From the human T2T-CHM13v2.0 reference genome, Homo sapiens: a DNA stretch of 64,000 nucleotides. Position numbers and translations under genes: made by a program. The stretch lies in NCBI RefSeq assembly GCF_009914755.1, contig NC_060933.1; one strand, given 5' to 3'. The notes under the pieces are model-generated. The model saw nothing but the letters and a program-made list of their open reading frames with translations. It ran no database searches and was not told where the DNA came from. Below are positions 15,885-33,850 of the stretch, in pieces (positions within the stretch are counted from its first letter, which is position 1; every line of letters begins with the position of its first letter).

Positions 15885-16085
15885 CACTTAGTCAACCTGG
15901 AGTCAAATCCAGCCCAGCCACGTACTTGACCTTTCTGTGCTTCTGTTTCCTTCTCTATAAAATGAGAATGAGGATATCTCTTTTACAGAGTTTTGTGAAG
16001 ATTAAATGAGTGAATAAACATACAACACTTAGAACAATGCCTGGTACAGAAGAAGTGCTATATTAAGGACTGGCTATCACTACTA
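15885..16085 (+). mobile_element. MIR
   Basis: Core ctgtttccttctctataaaatg...gtgaagattaaatgag...cttagaacaatgcctgg. Confidence 0.8.
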
Positions 16086-17609
16086 TTCTTGGCATCTGCA
16101 TTTGTTATCATAAAGTCTAAGTTAAAGAACCCACAGAAGGATTCTCAATAAATGGGAACTGAATCTGGTGGATGCAATGAAACTTGAGGCCAAGACAGTT
16201 GTGTCCATGTTAGGGTGCCCAGGTAAACTGCAGCTCTAGGTTCAAATTCCAACTCCTCCATCTTTGCACTGGGAGCAATTCTTAACATTGTTGAGAATAG
16301 AAATTACTTGAGTTACACTCAACCTGAAAAATCGAGAGGGGTAAGTGAATACTATCAATATTTCACTTAGTAGCTGACACGTAGCATGTGCTTCCTGAAC
16401 AGCATTTTACTTTCCATGCCCTTAAAGTGGCAACCTACTGTTCAATAAGCTCCACTGAGACTGAATCACATCATGGGCCTTGTTACCTGCCGTTATCAGT
16501 AGTGCAGTAAATAAATGATTGCAGTGAGTATGTGCTCACTTAATAGTGGTTGTATGAATGCATGAATATACCTATTAACCAATTATTGATTAATAAATGA
16601 GTGACTACTTGCAAAGGATATATTTCTGTGAGGGCATACCATTCCTTACAAACTGGTGTTCAAAAAGAACATTTAACTGAATTGATCTGCCCTAAGCAAT
16701 AGGTATGGATGAAATTTAACTGAAATGGTGTTGGGGGTGACCAAAATGACTATAATAGTCTCAGAACCAGGGATATTGTGAAAAAATTAGAATTAACCTA
16801 AAAATTGTACAATAAATGAGATTTGAGTCAAAATACTCTCTAATAAACACTCTAATAAAATATGACATTTCCATTGAAAGGATGGCAAAATTAAGAATAG
16901 GGAGAGATTACAGTGATGAAAAACATTATTTTGTTGTGTAAATTAGAAACTATGTTTCTAATCCTGAAGATGTCTGGCCTTGGAGGTAGGTGAGTCCAAC
17001 AGGAATTATTCATTTTCAGGTAAGATACCAACGCTTTAGGGAATACATTCTTCTATATAGAAGGTACAAATGAGAGAATACTAGAAAACCATCCTGAGAG
17101 AGGGTAAACAAGAGGATATTAGGCATTTGTTACTCCTGGGATGATACAAAGCTCAGATGATAAATGCCACCTGAAGAGCACGAGAATGCAAAAGCATACA
17201 CAGAACTGAGGATTCATGGAATGGCCCCAGAACGGACCTTGTCCCATTGCAACAAGCACTGAAATAAGACCAAAAGAGGAGTTTGGAAATGTTTTGAGTC
17301 ACCAAATCATTATTAAAAGAAATGCCTGGTACCCCACAGAGATTTCTTTGAAGAGCACAGTGTCTATTTAGAAGTAGATATTTCTATTTGCTTGCTAAAA
17401 TTCAGTCTCTTTTTTTTATATTACACTTGAAGATGATTTGAGGGAAAAGTAATATTTATTAAGGGTTGCATGATCCAAGGAAAATTTCCCACAAGTAAAA
17501 TGCACACTGGTGACCCAAAGTTCTGGAAGGACACAAGAAAAGGAGTGCACTAATTTTCCAAGCAAGATGCCTTAGGAAGTGGCAACAAATAATTAAGATG
17601 TGAACTCGG

Positions 17610-17930
<321 letters not shown>

Positions 17931-18096
17931 TCAAGTACAATAATGCCTGTGTCATCACTCCAGAAAATGTATTCCAGAAATGTCTGTATGCCAAATGTAT
18001 CCATGTTATGTGCCAACTTCTCCATGTCAGAACACAGCCAATTCTCAAATATTTTTTTTAAAGGACAGAATTCTGAATAATATACCTAATTGTTCA

Positions 18097-18505
<409 letters not shown>

Positions 18506-18886
18506 TAGCAAACTCCATACAAAAAGTTTACATTATTATCATCTTGTAAAAAGAAAAAACCACATACTCAAATTTTTTTTAAATCTTGATTTCTCCCAAT
18601 TCTTTGAGGGGAAAAATACAAAGAGGAGCATTGCTTTGATATCTTCTGATCTTCTACACACAAGGTGGCTGGGAAACGGAGTCACTTAAATAACAGCTCA
18701 GACTGCTTTCCCTCACAAAACAGAATAATAGTAGGAACGTTTCTGTGCCTCCAAGAAAGCAAATGTTTCTAATTAGTGAATAAGCTCAGCAGCGGTAGCT
18801 GCTCTGGGTATCAGCGCCTCTCGTTAGGGGCTCTATCCTGTTGACAAGCTAAGCAACAAAATCGCCTGAATTCTGTTTGTGAAGGT

Positions 18887-18917
18887 TGCCACCTACTGAA
18901 GAACATGCAGTACTACA
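18887..18917 (-). promoter_or_regulatory. Candidate CTCF site with upstream motif
   Basis: Minus strand reads TGTAGTACT-9nt-TCAGTAGGTGGCA; core matches CCAGTAGGTGGCA at 12/13; lies in a locally CpG-retaining unique segment. Confidence 0.55.
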
Positions 18918-19313
18918 GCTGGCTTCCCGGGGAAAGAATGCTAGGGGAGTAAGGAAAAAGCAGTTGGTAATCCTGGGAGCACGAGGAGTTTCCACGCCAA
19001 AGAATTCAGAAAGGGGGTATGAACCGACCTGGCAGGGCACAGCTACGGGTACGGGAGGGGTGAGTCTGGAAGGCTTTGTGTAGAGCAGGTACTTAACTGT
19101 GCCTTAAGGAGTCTTAGGGTTTGGCAAAGGAGTGAGGGTTTTATACAAAGTGGAAGCATTTGGGGCTCAGACACCGCAGAGAGAAAAGCCACCATAATGA
19201 CAGGGTCCAGAAAGCAGATGTCACTGGCTGTAGAAGATCGTCTGCAATGGAACTTACGGGAAATGCGATTAGATACTGAGGGCCTTCGATTGATGAATTA
19301 GGACTTCTATTAA

Positions 19314-19711
<398 letters not shown>

Positions 19712-19999
19712 CTGCACACCTCTTGACTCTTTGGAAATTGCCTCAAAGGAAACTTCAGAGTAAAGATTGAGATGAGAACTTTACAGGTAACCTGCACCCT
19801 GGGCAACCACCCTCCTCCCAGCACTCAGAGCTACAGCAGCCATGGCTACCCCAAGATCTGTCAGTATTGGAGCCCCAACCCTGCCCCCCAGGACACCAAA
19901 GCCTACAAAGTACCTCAGTACTTCACTGCTTAACAAGTAGAACATCAACTGTGATACTAAGCAGCATTGATTAATGATAAAGATGACCCTTGGTTGGTA

Positions 20000-20660
20000 A
20001 ATTGCATCTGGACTAACCAACTCCATTTTGCTTCTAACCACCAAGCTGTCCTTGTTCATTCCTGGGCATAGGCTGAATTAACTTTGAGAGGAACCTGTTT
20101 ATAGTTTATAGTTTAAAACAAAGATGATAACAGGCTTTTCCCAGGGAAAATCTCCTTCTTGCCTGGGGACTAGACCGCCTTCGCAGGACTAAGAAATTAG
20201 CCACAAGATTAGAAATTTCGGTTTAGGAGTCATGCAGCTGGAGGCTACAAGATTCTGACACTACCTAAGCTGCTCCTAAGATCAGTGCTTGAGATGTTTT
20301 GCAGACCCAGCACTTGAAGGATCAGGTGACACCACCTGGACCAATAAACTGGCTCATCTGATCTTGTGCCTCCCACCCAGGAACTGACTCAGCACAAGAA
20401 GACAGCTCGACTCCCTATGATTTCACCTCTGACCTGACCAATCAGCACTCCCGGCTCACTGGCTTGCCCCCCAACCACCAAGTTGTCCTTACAAACTCTG
20501 ATCCCCAAATGCCTGGGGAGACTGATTTGAGTAATAATAAAAGTCCAGTCTCCCGCACCACCGTCTCTGTGTGAGTTACTCTTTCTCTATTGCAATTCCC
20601 CTGTCTTGATAAATCGGCCCTGTCTAGGCAGCTGGCAAGGTGAACCCACTGAGCAGTTAC
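20000..20660 (+). mobile_element. LTR8-like ERV1 solo LTR (5' end eroded)
   Basis: aactccattttgcttctaacc...gagtaataataaaa...ggcaaggtgaacccactgagcagttaca. Confidence 0.85.
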
Positions 20661-21180
20661 ACTATTAAGTTGTTAAAAGAAGTGTTTAGCCACTGTGAAG
20701 TTTGAGGCCTCCAAGCCATGTGCCTGCCTAATGTGTTTTGCCTCTCCTTGTACCACATCTGTACTGGCACAAGAACTCACACTGAAAAGGAATGCCTGAT
20801 GCTGCCCTGTAGATGCACTGTGGTTCCTGTCTGACACCTTCCACGGCAGCCTGGGCCAAATGCATCCTCTGATAGTCTTGAGTCTCAGTGTTTAATTGAT
20901 TCTAACAAGTCCCCCTTATAGGCATTGCAGATACATAAACACACATTTATCTATCTTTACAAAAAGTGAATCATCCCATAAAGTCTGATTTGGAGTCACT
21001 TTTACCACTTAAAATATCATCGCCATTTTTCTGCTGTTAAATATTCTATATTATTTATAATAATTGCATAATATCTATTATGAACATATAATTTACTAAA
21101 CCTGGTATTGAACATGAAGACTGGTTTTTTTCCTTTTTTTGTTTTTTTTTTAAATTTCAAACCACACTTTAAGAAATATG

Positions 21181-22360
21181 GGCTGGGTGTGGTGGCTCAT
21201 GCCCACAATCCCAGCACTTTGGGAGGCCAAGGTGGAGGAGAGCTTGAGCTCAGGAGTTTGAAACCAACCTGGGTGACATAGCAAGATGCCGTCTCTATAA
21301 AAAAGAAAGAAATACATCTGAGCTCAGTGGTTCATGCCTATCATTCCAGCACTTTGGGAGGCCGAGGCAAGAGGACTGATCACTTGAGTTTGAGACCAGC
21401 CTGGGCAAGACAGCAAGATCCTGTCTGTACAAAAAATTTAAAAATTAGCTAGGCATGGTGGCATATACCTGCAGTCCAAGCTACTCAGGAGGCTGAGGCT
21501 GGAGGATTGCTTGTGCCCGGTAATTCAAGATGGTATAAACACCCATCAGGTTCTTCCTGATCACTGCACAAACGAAATCAATTCACAGAGACTATGGCAC
21601 CGCAGTAAAGAAAGAGTTTGACTGATACAGGGCCAGCCACACCTGGGAGTGGGAGATGGCGTCATTCAAATCAATCTCCCTGAGCATTTGGGGGCTAGCA
21701 GCATTTTCAAAGGTAGTTTGGGGGAAGAGGTGGGGTGCTAGGCAATAGATATCTGCTGTTGATTGTTTGGGGGTGCAGTCCTAGGGGTATGGGAAGTTGT
21801 CCCCCTGCATGCTGAGTTGCTTCTGGGTGGGGCCACAGGAGAGACTGGCAAGTCCAGGTTGAGCCATCAGTTTCAGACATGCAAAAATCCTGAAAAGATA
21901 TCTCCAAAGGCCAATCTGAGGTTCTACAATAGTGATGTTATCTGCAGGAGTAATTGGGGAAGTTGCATATCTTGTGACCTGCAGAATAATAGCTGGTAAT
22001 TGTTTATGTCTACCCCTTAGCAGAATTCAGGCTCCTCTATCCTCCTAGCCTGCTGGTCTCTCATTAGCTTTACAAAGGCAGTTGAGTTTTGCGGAAGGGC
22101 TATTACCATTTAAATTATAAACTAAATGTCTCCCGAAGTTAGCCTGGCCAAAACACAGGAATAATTAAAGGCAGCTTGAAGGCCAAAGGCAAGATGTGAA
22201 TTGGTTAAATCAGATCTCCTTTAACCGCCATAATTTTCTCACCATTACAATTTTTGTGAAGGTGGTTTAGGCAGCAATGATCTATGATAGTGCCACTGCA
22301 CTCCAGCCTGGGTGACAGAGCGAGACCTTATTTTAAGAGAAAAAAGAAAGAAAAGAAGAA
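21181..22360 (+). mobile_element. Alu monomer plus AluJ, split by an LTR insertion
   Basis: AluJ breaks at ...aattcaaga (21530) and resumes at gcagcaatgatctatgat (22271). Confidence 0.85.
21534..22269 (-). mobile_element. LTR8A-like full solo LTR
   Basis: The reverse complement begins aaaccaccttcacaaaaattgt, as in the LTR8 group; ~735 bp. Confidence 0.8.
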
Positions 22361-22498
22361 ATATGTGTAAGATGTCAAATAATTTAATATATCTATGATT
22401 ATTTCAAGGATATGTTCACAGAAATGAAAAAGTCATATATATTCTGCTTGCATTCAGACTAATTTTGAAATTTCTACAAAAACCTTCTGTGACTATTT

Positions 22499-23287
<789 letters not shown>

Positions 23288-23289
23288 AC

Positions 23290-23740
23290 CTTCTGTGACT
23301 ATTTCTTTGATATAAGTGCTTTTTTCAGCTCTTAATTCACTAGGTGAAGACCTTATCCATATCTATTTTTCAATGATCTAGTATTTATAATGTAAAATAT
23401 GTAATAATTATTATTTTTCAGAGATTTTCCATAAAATAAATCCACTTGATAATGGTAAGTATACTGCTTTATAAATCTAACAGTCATAGTTTTTTGGTTA
23501 AAGAATAAAATGAATTTATAGCCTATACATTTCTTTTTTCTTGCCAGTGAAATGGAGACAAGAAGTTTCCTCAGTTGCTGAAGCATGTTTATAAACCTCT
23601 TCTAAAATTAGAAGTAATTTATGAGTAAATGTTCTGTGTGATACAGCTGTGTATCCATCTGGCCCTGGTGCTTTATTACCTGCTATGTCTTGTAGGGCAA
23701 TTTTTAAACATTTCTTTTCATCCACAGAGCATATTTAATT
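23290..23740 (-). mobile_element. Ancient L1-clade reverse-transcriptase fossil (continues at ~22440-22498 beyond the Alu)
   Basis: Frameshifted motifs in the expected order: NKAPGPDGY, YKFILFFNQ, YQVDLFYGKSLKNN, IDMDKVF, GFCRNF. Confidence 0.7.
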
Positions 23741-26491
23741 TCCCTTTGCGTCTGGCCTCAATAATTCCAAAACTCTATTTCATCCTCATAGCAAATACAC
23801 AAAAGAAATCCCATAATCCTACATGTTATTTTCCAGGGGTTATACTTGTAAGGCTCATAAATCAATGAGAAGCTTCAAAAAGGAATTTTCTTAAAGTCTA
23901 TTTAGAATTTGCTTATCTTGTCCATGAGACAAACTTTAAAAAATATTGAAAATCAGCTTTTATCTCATCAGTATATGTCCTTTTAGAATCACAGACATAT
24001 CTATAAAGAAGTTGCCAATGTCCTACAGAATTTCTTTTCAAAGAAGAGACCATTTCTAGGGAGTTACTCATAATATCTCAAAGGGCAATCTGGATAAGTC
24101 AATTAAACAAGCAATTGGTAGGCCTTCTCTGACTTTAGACTTGAGAGTAATGAGGAAATAATGGTTGCCTTTGTTGGATCCCAACAAAACTAATATGGAG
24201 GGCTATCTCCTGAGAAGACTGGGAAACCTGAGCCACAGCTACCAAGGTGTATGCTGTGGTTAATTATGAGAGTGGAGCCAGGTGAGTGCCTTTCGTCCAG
24301 GGTAAGTATCTAGAGAGAGATTTTGAGGGCCCTCACTCCCATACTCCACTGCATCTGAGACTTCAGGGCACAACCAAGACAGAGGCAATGGGAGGGGATT
24401 ATTTTTAATGTCCTTTGTATTAATAAGTCCAAATAAGGGGAACCCCATACCCACTGTGAATGTAAAAAGGCACGATGCTTGTGAAATGGCATAACCTGGA
24501 TACTGAACTCAGGCAAATCCTGAGAAAATTGCACTGATGTCCTTGGAGAGGTGCTGGGTCCAAATGAGAGAGTGAAGGCAAGTCTGTGACCTGCTCAAGT
24601 CACTCCATTGGCCACATCTCCAACAATAAAACCAAATCACCAATTGGCCTTGATGCCAAAGATCACAGTGATGATCATAATGATCTCCCCTTAAAAGCAG
24701 ATGAGTTCCCCAAGTTTAGGAAAGAGGAGGGTGTGGTGGGGTGCTTCCCATAGCTCTGGGGTACAAAGCCGCACTTTCTACAGTGAACATTGATCACAAG
24801 ATTGAAAACCATCTACTTGAGGTTTGTTTTTAGTCTTCTTAGGAGACATGGCAAAGAAGTTTGAAGGGTCTAAATTATCTACGATGCTCTCTTCAACTCA
24901 AAGCATTTAACTAAGTACCTAACACTGCCTGCTATTACTTACTTAAGGTAGTACCTGATTCTAGAAACAGTGCTAAGCATATCACAGGTAACACACTCAC
25001 TTACTAAATATCGGATGTAACAGAGTATAAGAATTAAGTAGCATAAGACCGTAGGATTTGCATCTACATTTCCTTTTCATCAAGAATGATGTCTTATTTG
25101 TCTTTGCATCCTTGGGAGAGTACTGGGCACACAATGGGCACTCCACAAATATGAAACAATCTAAAGCTATAACTATTTCAAGCAGTGAGAAATTTTCCAA
25201 AGAGAAGAAAGCCTTTCAATTTTTTCAGTAATTCAGCATTTATTTTTAGTAATGTAAATTATACCCCCAAAAAGTTATATCACCTATGTATTATTCTGTT
25301 TGCTTTAAGTATGACATTTCAGAATACAAAAACCAAAGCCTAGGCCTGTTCTAGAAGAGGTTTGCCTCCTTGGTGAGAGTGTATTTACAAACCTCTCCTG
25401 GAGCAGCAACAGCCCCCAAAGTATTCCACAGAGCATCAGTTCTGCAGGCCACTAGGTCATGTGCATAATCAGCAACGGCATTAAAGTGGATCTGTGGTCA
25501 AATCAGAGTAGGGGATACTGGGCTAAGAAAGGGTAAACCAGTTTCTTTACAGGAACGCGTATTAGAACCCTGACTGCACTTCATACCTTGTAAACCTCCC
25601 TCAAAGAGCATATGGGCTGTGGCATTTCTCAAGTCCACTTTTGCATGGAACTGCTTCTTCATGATATGTCTTCAGGAGCAACCGTTTACTGAACCCTCCT
25701 GCCTACCCATGTCTCCAGTGGTTTGCTTTTGGTTCTGCTTTTCCTCCTTGCCATCAATTTTTAGTAGGTGAGACTCTTCTTCTGTTTGTGGTCTAGAACA
25801 TTAGGAGTAGAGGCAAGAAACCAGGTTCCAGAATCCTAACTTCTAGATCACCAATTGCTCCTGATGGAACTAAGAAATGCCTTCAAAGCTACTTGGAACT
25901 ACGGGTAAAGGTGAAAAGATAATTAAGGCAAAGAAGAAAGAAGGCAGGGGATACAAGAGAAGACGAAGGCAGAGTAAAAAATAAAAAGACAACACAAGAA
26001 GAAATACATGGTGAGAAAGGATGCAAAACCACAATTAACACTCCACCTTCCACTTTAACACAAAAACCTCAGAGAGGAGTCAAATTCCAACCATCAAGGA
26101 GGTAGTATTCCTGCAGGAGTAGTGGACCGGTGACCTGAAGAGCAGCCTTTTTCTGGGTCCTCAGCCTCTTACCCTCGTTAGCCAAGGGAAGTTATCCAAG
26201 CACACAGCAAATCTTTGCCATCACTCTGATGTATTCTTAATGTTTCTCACCATTAGGGTTTCTGCTATTTTGAATGCATAATATACTGTCTACTAAAATT
26301 CTTTGATCTTAACAAAAACAAAAGCACACAAATGTTGAGTGGTGGGCAGAGACCATCTCTATTTGGCTTAGAATCACAGATTCACAGATGTTCAGAGACT
26401 TAGAGACTTTAGAGGCAAGGTTGTTTTGGTGACTGTCTTGCAAGTAGCCCACAGAGATGTGTGTTTTTATAAACCTTGCTCTCTTTTCCAG

Positions 26492-26750
26492 CAGTTCATT
26501 AAAAGTAAACCATCCAAGTCACCTGTTCACTGTGGCTTCCTGTCAGGAGGGACAGTTTAGATGACTTCTTGGAGCCTGTCAACTCGTACTGCACTGATGG
26601 TATCAGATGCAAGCTGGGGAATTTGGAATGCTATCTGCAATAGTGACAGCTGGTGGCTTCTAAGTTCTACTGCACCTCCTTAAGGCAGGAAAGCAAGCCT
26701 GGCTTTTAAGCAGTATTTGTGAAAAAATAAAGGAATTACATGAGTTCTGG
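26492..26750 (+). ncRNA. Candidate terminal exon of a + strand transcript
   Basis: Polypyrimidine tract with tandem CAGCAG acceptor (26489-26494) and AATAAA at 26726-26731. Confidence 0.4.
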
Positions 26751-26826
26751 AAAAGGACCTCAGAAATGGTATCATTTAACAATCTCCACTTGAACGCTTA
26801 TGTTACTCACTATATTAAAAATTATG

Positions 26827-26923
26827 GTGCTTGTTTCAGGAGCACACAGACTAAAATTTTGAAAACTACAGAGATTAGCATGTGCAAGGATGACACACAA
26901 ATTCGTGAAGTGTTCGATATTTT
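26827..26923 (+). pseudogene. U6 snRNA retropseudogene
   Basis: gtgcttgtttcaggagcacacagactaaaatt...gattagcatg..tgcaaggatgacacacaaattcgtgaagtgttcgatatttt aligns end to end with U6, with substitutions and small deletions. Flanked by AAAAATTATG at 26817-26826 and 27264-27273. Confidence 0.92.
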
Positions 26924-26925
26924 AA

Positions 26926-27271
<346 letters not shown>

Positions 27272-30200
27272 TGATGAAAGAACTATTATGAGATGAATCC
27301 TTGTTTCTAAAGGAGAAGCAGCTAGAAAAATATTGAATTATTTGGATTGCAAAGGGTCTTGCATGTCTCTGAGTGGGGTTTTGAGTTGGTTTTCCATGTC
27401 TGCTCTGTGGTGTCCCTCATCCACACACCTGATAAATGGGTGATGAGCCAGGCAACCCCACCTTGTACCCCCTGCACCATGATTTTAAAAATGAAATGAA
27501 CAATAAACATTCTCTTTTAAGAATTCTGAAATTGGGAGAATCAAAGATATTGTTATTTATCTAGAGAATTGAAGGTGGCAGTATCCCATGAGGTAGTGGG
27601 GTAACAAAAATGGACCCTCTACAAGATGAAGTTTTGAAGAAGCAAGAATCTATGAAGACACGAAGCTGCCTTCTTCCAGTCATGAGAAGAATGGAATAAA
27701 TGTGCAAAGACAGGCCACGAAGCATGAAGGAAAGATAGGGAAATCAATGGAGAGGGAGGCAGAGAGTGAGGCAGACGGTGAGGCAGTGGGGCTTGATCCT
27801 GGGGCTAACTTGGTTGCTGCCCTTCCTTGGGCTTAATTGCTCTTTAATTGAAAAAAGAAAAAGTCCCAGGGGACACCTGAGTGATTTCCTAGACATAAAA
27901 ACAGACTTGACTACTCCTAATTAAAATATCAAGTTTTTTCACAAATCTGAATTTTGCTTTTCATACTGCACTAATTCCTAAGTACTCATTGCCTGTTTTC
28001 TCTATTTGTCAGTGCTCAGCAGCCCTGACAGAGGGGGCTTCTGGATTGAAACTATATTAGACATGTTGCTTCCACATTTATGCATTAAAGGCTTGGCCAC
28101 CTGGGAAAAACATAACCTGTGGACTCCTTTGTCTTTTACTCTTCAGCACCGCACAGGTGCCCAATTCAGTTCTGCACAGGTGCTAGCTTAGAGTCAAACT
28201 TGATGTGTTCAACTCGGCTTACTCATCATCCCCACTCATCCTGCCAACCCACTCATCCCCGTATCGCTGACTTTCTTCCAGGAACCTGTGCCAAAAAACT
28301 GGGAGTCATTCTAGTCCCTCTTTCACACCCCAGATCAAATTTCGTGTCACTAAATTTGTTTAACTTAAAATTGCAGAAGCACAATCTTAGCCATCAACTT
28401 GCTTTGTGTAGTTTCCTTATGCATTGCTTCATTCCTTTGGTCTGAATTAGAAATGCTTCTTAAAGAGTAAACACATTAAATCTAATCAACTCTATTACCA
28501 TTGTTGACAGTCAACACCAATGGGTGTTTTTTCCTATTGTAAACTGGTTTGGCAAAAAGTCAAAATTGTTTTAGTCCTGAGTCAACACTTACTTCTCCAA
28601 CAAATACTTTGACTAAATAATACATGTTGGGGACGCTGCTGGACAGGATAGAAATGTGATTAACTTAAATAACTTAACTCATGTTTTGAAAACACATACT
28701 TTCAAATTAACTGTAAGTAAATGATATGCATATTGTAATACACAGATGGAAAATATCAGGTAACAGAGGAAGAAATAAGGAGTCTCACCCAAGGAATAGA
28801 GATGTGAAAACTATATGAACCTAGTCAAGTAAATATCACAAAACAAAATGTAAAGAATATAACTGTGCCAACTGTTAAGAAATAAGGAAAAATTCGTAAT
28901 ACACAATTTATGTATAAATAATATGTGACTACATTCAAGTAAACATTACTTCCAAGCTTTTTTAGTGCCACCTCATAAAAACAGGAGCAAAACAGGGATG
29001 AGATCTGGCTTTCCCAGGAGAAAGGTGGTATGGCCAGTAAGGTAAAGTGGTAAGGCCAGTAAAAAAATTCTCAAAATTCTTCCATCACCAGGACAGGAGG
29101 CAGAATGGATGGGGCATGTGCTGAGCTGGCCTCAGGTGCTACACCCCTACCCCCACCCCCACCCTCACCCCCACCCCAGCCTGGGCCCATGCCAAAATGT
29201 CTCCGATGTTCATATGCCCATCATAATAATGGACAGAGAATTTAGCAACCTTGCATAAGGATGGAGGTGTACAAGAAAAATCTGGCCCACTGACAAAGGC
29301 AGAACAAATCACTTGAGAATCTTCTCATGAATTAGAACCACAGGGGACAAATTGCCACTGCCAAGCCATGTTTTCCTTGTCGGGCAGTTTTGTGTGAAAA
29401 TGGACAGCAAAGCAAAAGGACACAAAGAACACAGTATTTTGCACCAGGAGTGTTTTCTCAGAGGAACAGACAACTTACTGACCTCCACTTTCTCTCACCA
29501 GGTTCAAGGGCACCTCGGTAGGAGGGTGGCTTCCTCCTCCTTCTTCCAACAGGCCCAACATGGCGGGTTCTTTACCTGTTCCAAGATCGCAGTTCCCAGA
29601 ACAACATCAAAAGCAGTAATGTAAAGTCTGTTTTCTTTCTAAAAAGAAAACTCAGGAGGTAAGGAGAGGCAAGACCTCAAAAGCCTCCTTTATTTGGAAT
29701 ACTAAATTGCACCTGAGGCATACTCAATTGAGACTTTCTCTCCCACCTTTGGAGATCTTACTCCGTTGGAGTGGGAAGACGGCAACTCACATAGTAATAT
29801 GGAATTTGAATAGAAAATAAATTGTGCTGAATCTCACGTATGATGTCCTAAAAGTGTCCAAAATGATGTCATTAAAAAGGCAGGGAGGGGGACTGCAATT
29901 AGATGGATGAGGAAGAGGCAGTTGAGAAAACAGATTAATGATGCCGTTGACACAATCAGCCTGTGAGGAATACTGGTTTCTATGACAACCAAACCACTTA
30001 ACCTCAATTAACAAAGCTGTTCAAAAAGAAAAACTTGAAAGATGGGGAGGGGAAAAGCCAGCGGATCCTCTTTGGGGGAATGAAGTAGCCTGTCCCCTCA
30101 GCGCCTGTGAGACAAGCGTGTATTAACTACATATCCGCAGGGTGCGTATCCTCTTACACTCTCCAGTTCCCAGTAATTAGTTTTCAGAAGCAGCCCAAAG

Positions 30201-31294
30201 ATGTTGAGAAATTGCAACTCATTAGCGCGGTTTTCTGACAGAAGAGACTTATTATCCTGATTGAGCTTTAACTAAACAGCACGGACAGGAGGAGACAAAA
30301 GGCTACCTCTTGCTTTTCCCAAACTCAGTGTTGCTGTTCACACACACCAAGTTCCCAGCATCTTCCAGGAACCCCTTTCTGAGAATTCGGCAGGTCAGGC
30401 TGGATTCTGGACTTTAGTTTGTAGCAGAGAATAGTTGTTGTTAGAACGAAACACCCAGGCCGTTCACAATAAAACAATGTCAAAATCAAATAACCGAAAA
30501 TTTATGCAGTTTAACGTCCTCCATGTAACGAAGGGAACTGGATTTTCCAGAGTCGCTCTTAAGTCAGTGGAGAACTATCTTCATACTTTCCTGGGTCTGA
30601 GATGCGTTTGTCTGGGTTGCAATGGGCATGAATAAAGTGAGTCTAACAGAAAGGAGGTGGGGGGAACAGCAGAAGGGTTCATCTTTCTTAGCATGGCATC
30701 CATTACCAATTCCTACACCGCTCCGTCACCCTCTACAGACCCTGAAAGTGGTAGGAAATGGAGACTTTTGTTGGAGTGCCTCTTGATTGTTTCTGATGAA
30801 AATATATCTAGTTATTGATATTCTACTATCAACACAAATAGGAAGGACAAAAAATAGAAACCCTAACAATATCAAGAGCATTGCCAGTTTTAGCATTTTG
30901 TATAGGTGTTTCTTGCCGGTTTTATTAGAAAAAAAAGTAAGTATTATAAGGAGATATTAATTTACAATGAACCCTTGTTAACATACGTTAAATTTTGTAA
31001 AAAACTAAGAATACATTGGAGTTATAAAAAATAAAACCAGTTTCTATCAAGCTAAATTTTAATAATTAAATCTAAAAGGCAAAAACATGCACCTTGAAAT
31101 TTTTTAAAAAATATAAATAGCCACACACATCTACATAGGAATATCTCCTGTTTCACAACTTTGTTGTAAATTTTGACTCATATTTTCCCTCCGATGCTGG
31201 GGATGTAAAAAAAAGTCAGCCTGACTATAAATAGAAGCACTGACAGTCTGACAGAAGAGTATCTCATAGTTTAAACTTTGTCTTTTACTTTTCA

Positions 31295-31612
<318 letters not shown>

Positions 31613-31886
31613 GTTAGTGATGATGCATATTTCTTCTTTCTTGAATTGCCTATGTCCATTTTTTCCTGCTAGAGTTTTAGAATTTTTCTTACGCTACTGA
31701 GATTTTGAAACAGAAAAACTATTAACATTATTCTTGCCATATTTATGAAAAATACCATCCTAGATTATTACTTTTAAATTTTATGATGTTTTAGCATACA
31801 AAAGTTTTCTTTTTTTGTAGTAAAATCTGCTAATATTTTCCTTTGAGGTTTTACCTATTATTTTATCCATTGAAACTTCACAGTCT

Positions 31887-32253
<367 letters not shown>

Positions 32254-32326
32254 TCATGTACATTTAATGTAAGGATTTATGTCTCTAACTTGATATGATT
32301 ATCTGCATAATCTATTTTTCCAATAC

Positions 32327-32965
<639 letters not shown>

Positions 32966-33850
32966 CATAAAATTTTGAAGTGTTACAATTTAATGATTTG
33001 TAGTAGATTCACACAAAGTTGTGCAACTATCACCACTATCAAATTCCAGAATTCTTTTCATCATCCCCAAAAGAAACTCTGTGCCTATTAGGAGTCACTC
33101 CCCATTCCACTGTCCCCTCATCTCCTGGCAACCACTAAGCTACTTCCATCTATTCTGGGAATTTCCTGTTAATGGAATCATTTATGTGGTCTTTCATATC
33201 TGGCTTCTTTCACTTAGCATAATGTTTTCAAAATTCATCCATGTAGCAGCATGAATCAGTACCTCCTGACTTTTTTTTTGGCTAATATCCCAATGTATTA
33301 GTACACTGTATTTTATTATCCATGTATCAGTTGATGGACATTTAAACATTCATGTACAAGTTTCTGTGTGGATGTACATCTTTAACTCTCTTGGGTATCT
33401 ACCTAGGAGTGAAACTCCAATACTTTTTGTTTAATAATGCCTTTCCCAGTGATTGATGATTCTTTCTTTATCATACATTAAATTCCTTGTTTCAGGGCTT
33501 TCCCATCTGTTCTGCTGTCCTGTCACTTCTTTTGCAAATACAAGACCTTTCCAGTTTTAGTAGATGTATGTTTTATGCGCTCATAGGGCAAGACACCCCT
33601 AACTTTCCTTTCTTAAATTCTCTTATTGCTGCTTATTCTTCCCTCTCAGCTTTAGAATCTATTTGTCATACCACTGGTATTTTGACTGGAGATGGGAAAT
33701 TGATTTGGGAAAAACTGATATATTTGCAATATTTTATCTTTCTATCCACAGATATGGTCTCTCTTCTTTTATTCAAGTCTTCTACTATACCTCCCACTAA
33801 ATTTTGTGACTTTCCTCATACAGGACTCACCCATTTTTTGTTAAAGAATA
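32966..33850 (-). mobile_element. Old L1 (L1MB/ME-like) fragments
   Basis: gttgtgcaactatcaccact...ctggcttctttcacttagcataatgttttcaa...gttgatggacattt. Confidence 0.75.

Noticed and set aside
18811-18827. Second CTCF-like motif (cagcgcctctcgttag)
   Set aside because: Too many mismatches to the core consensus.
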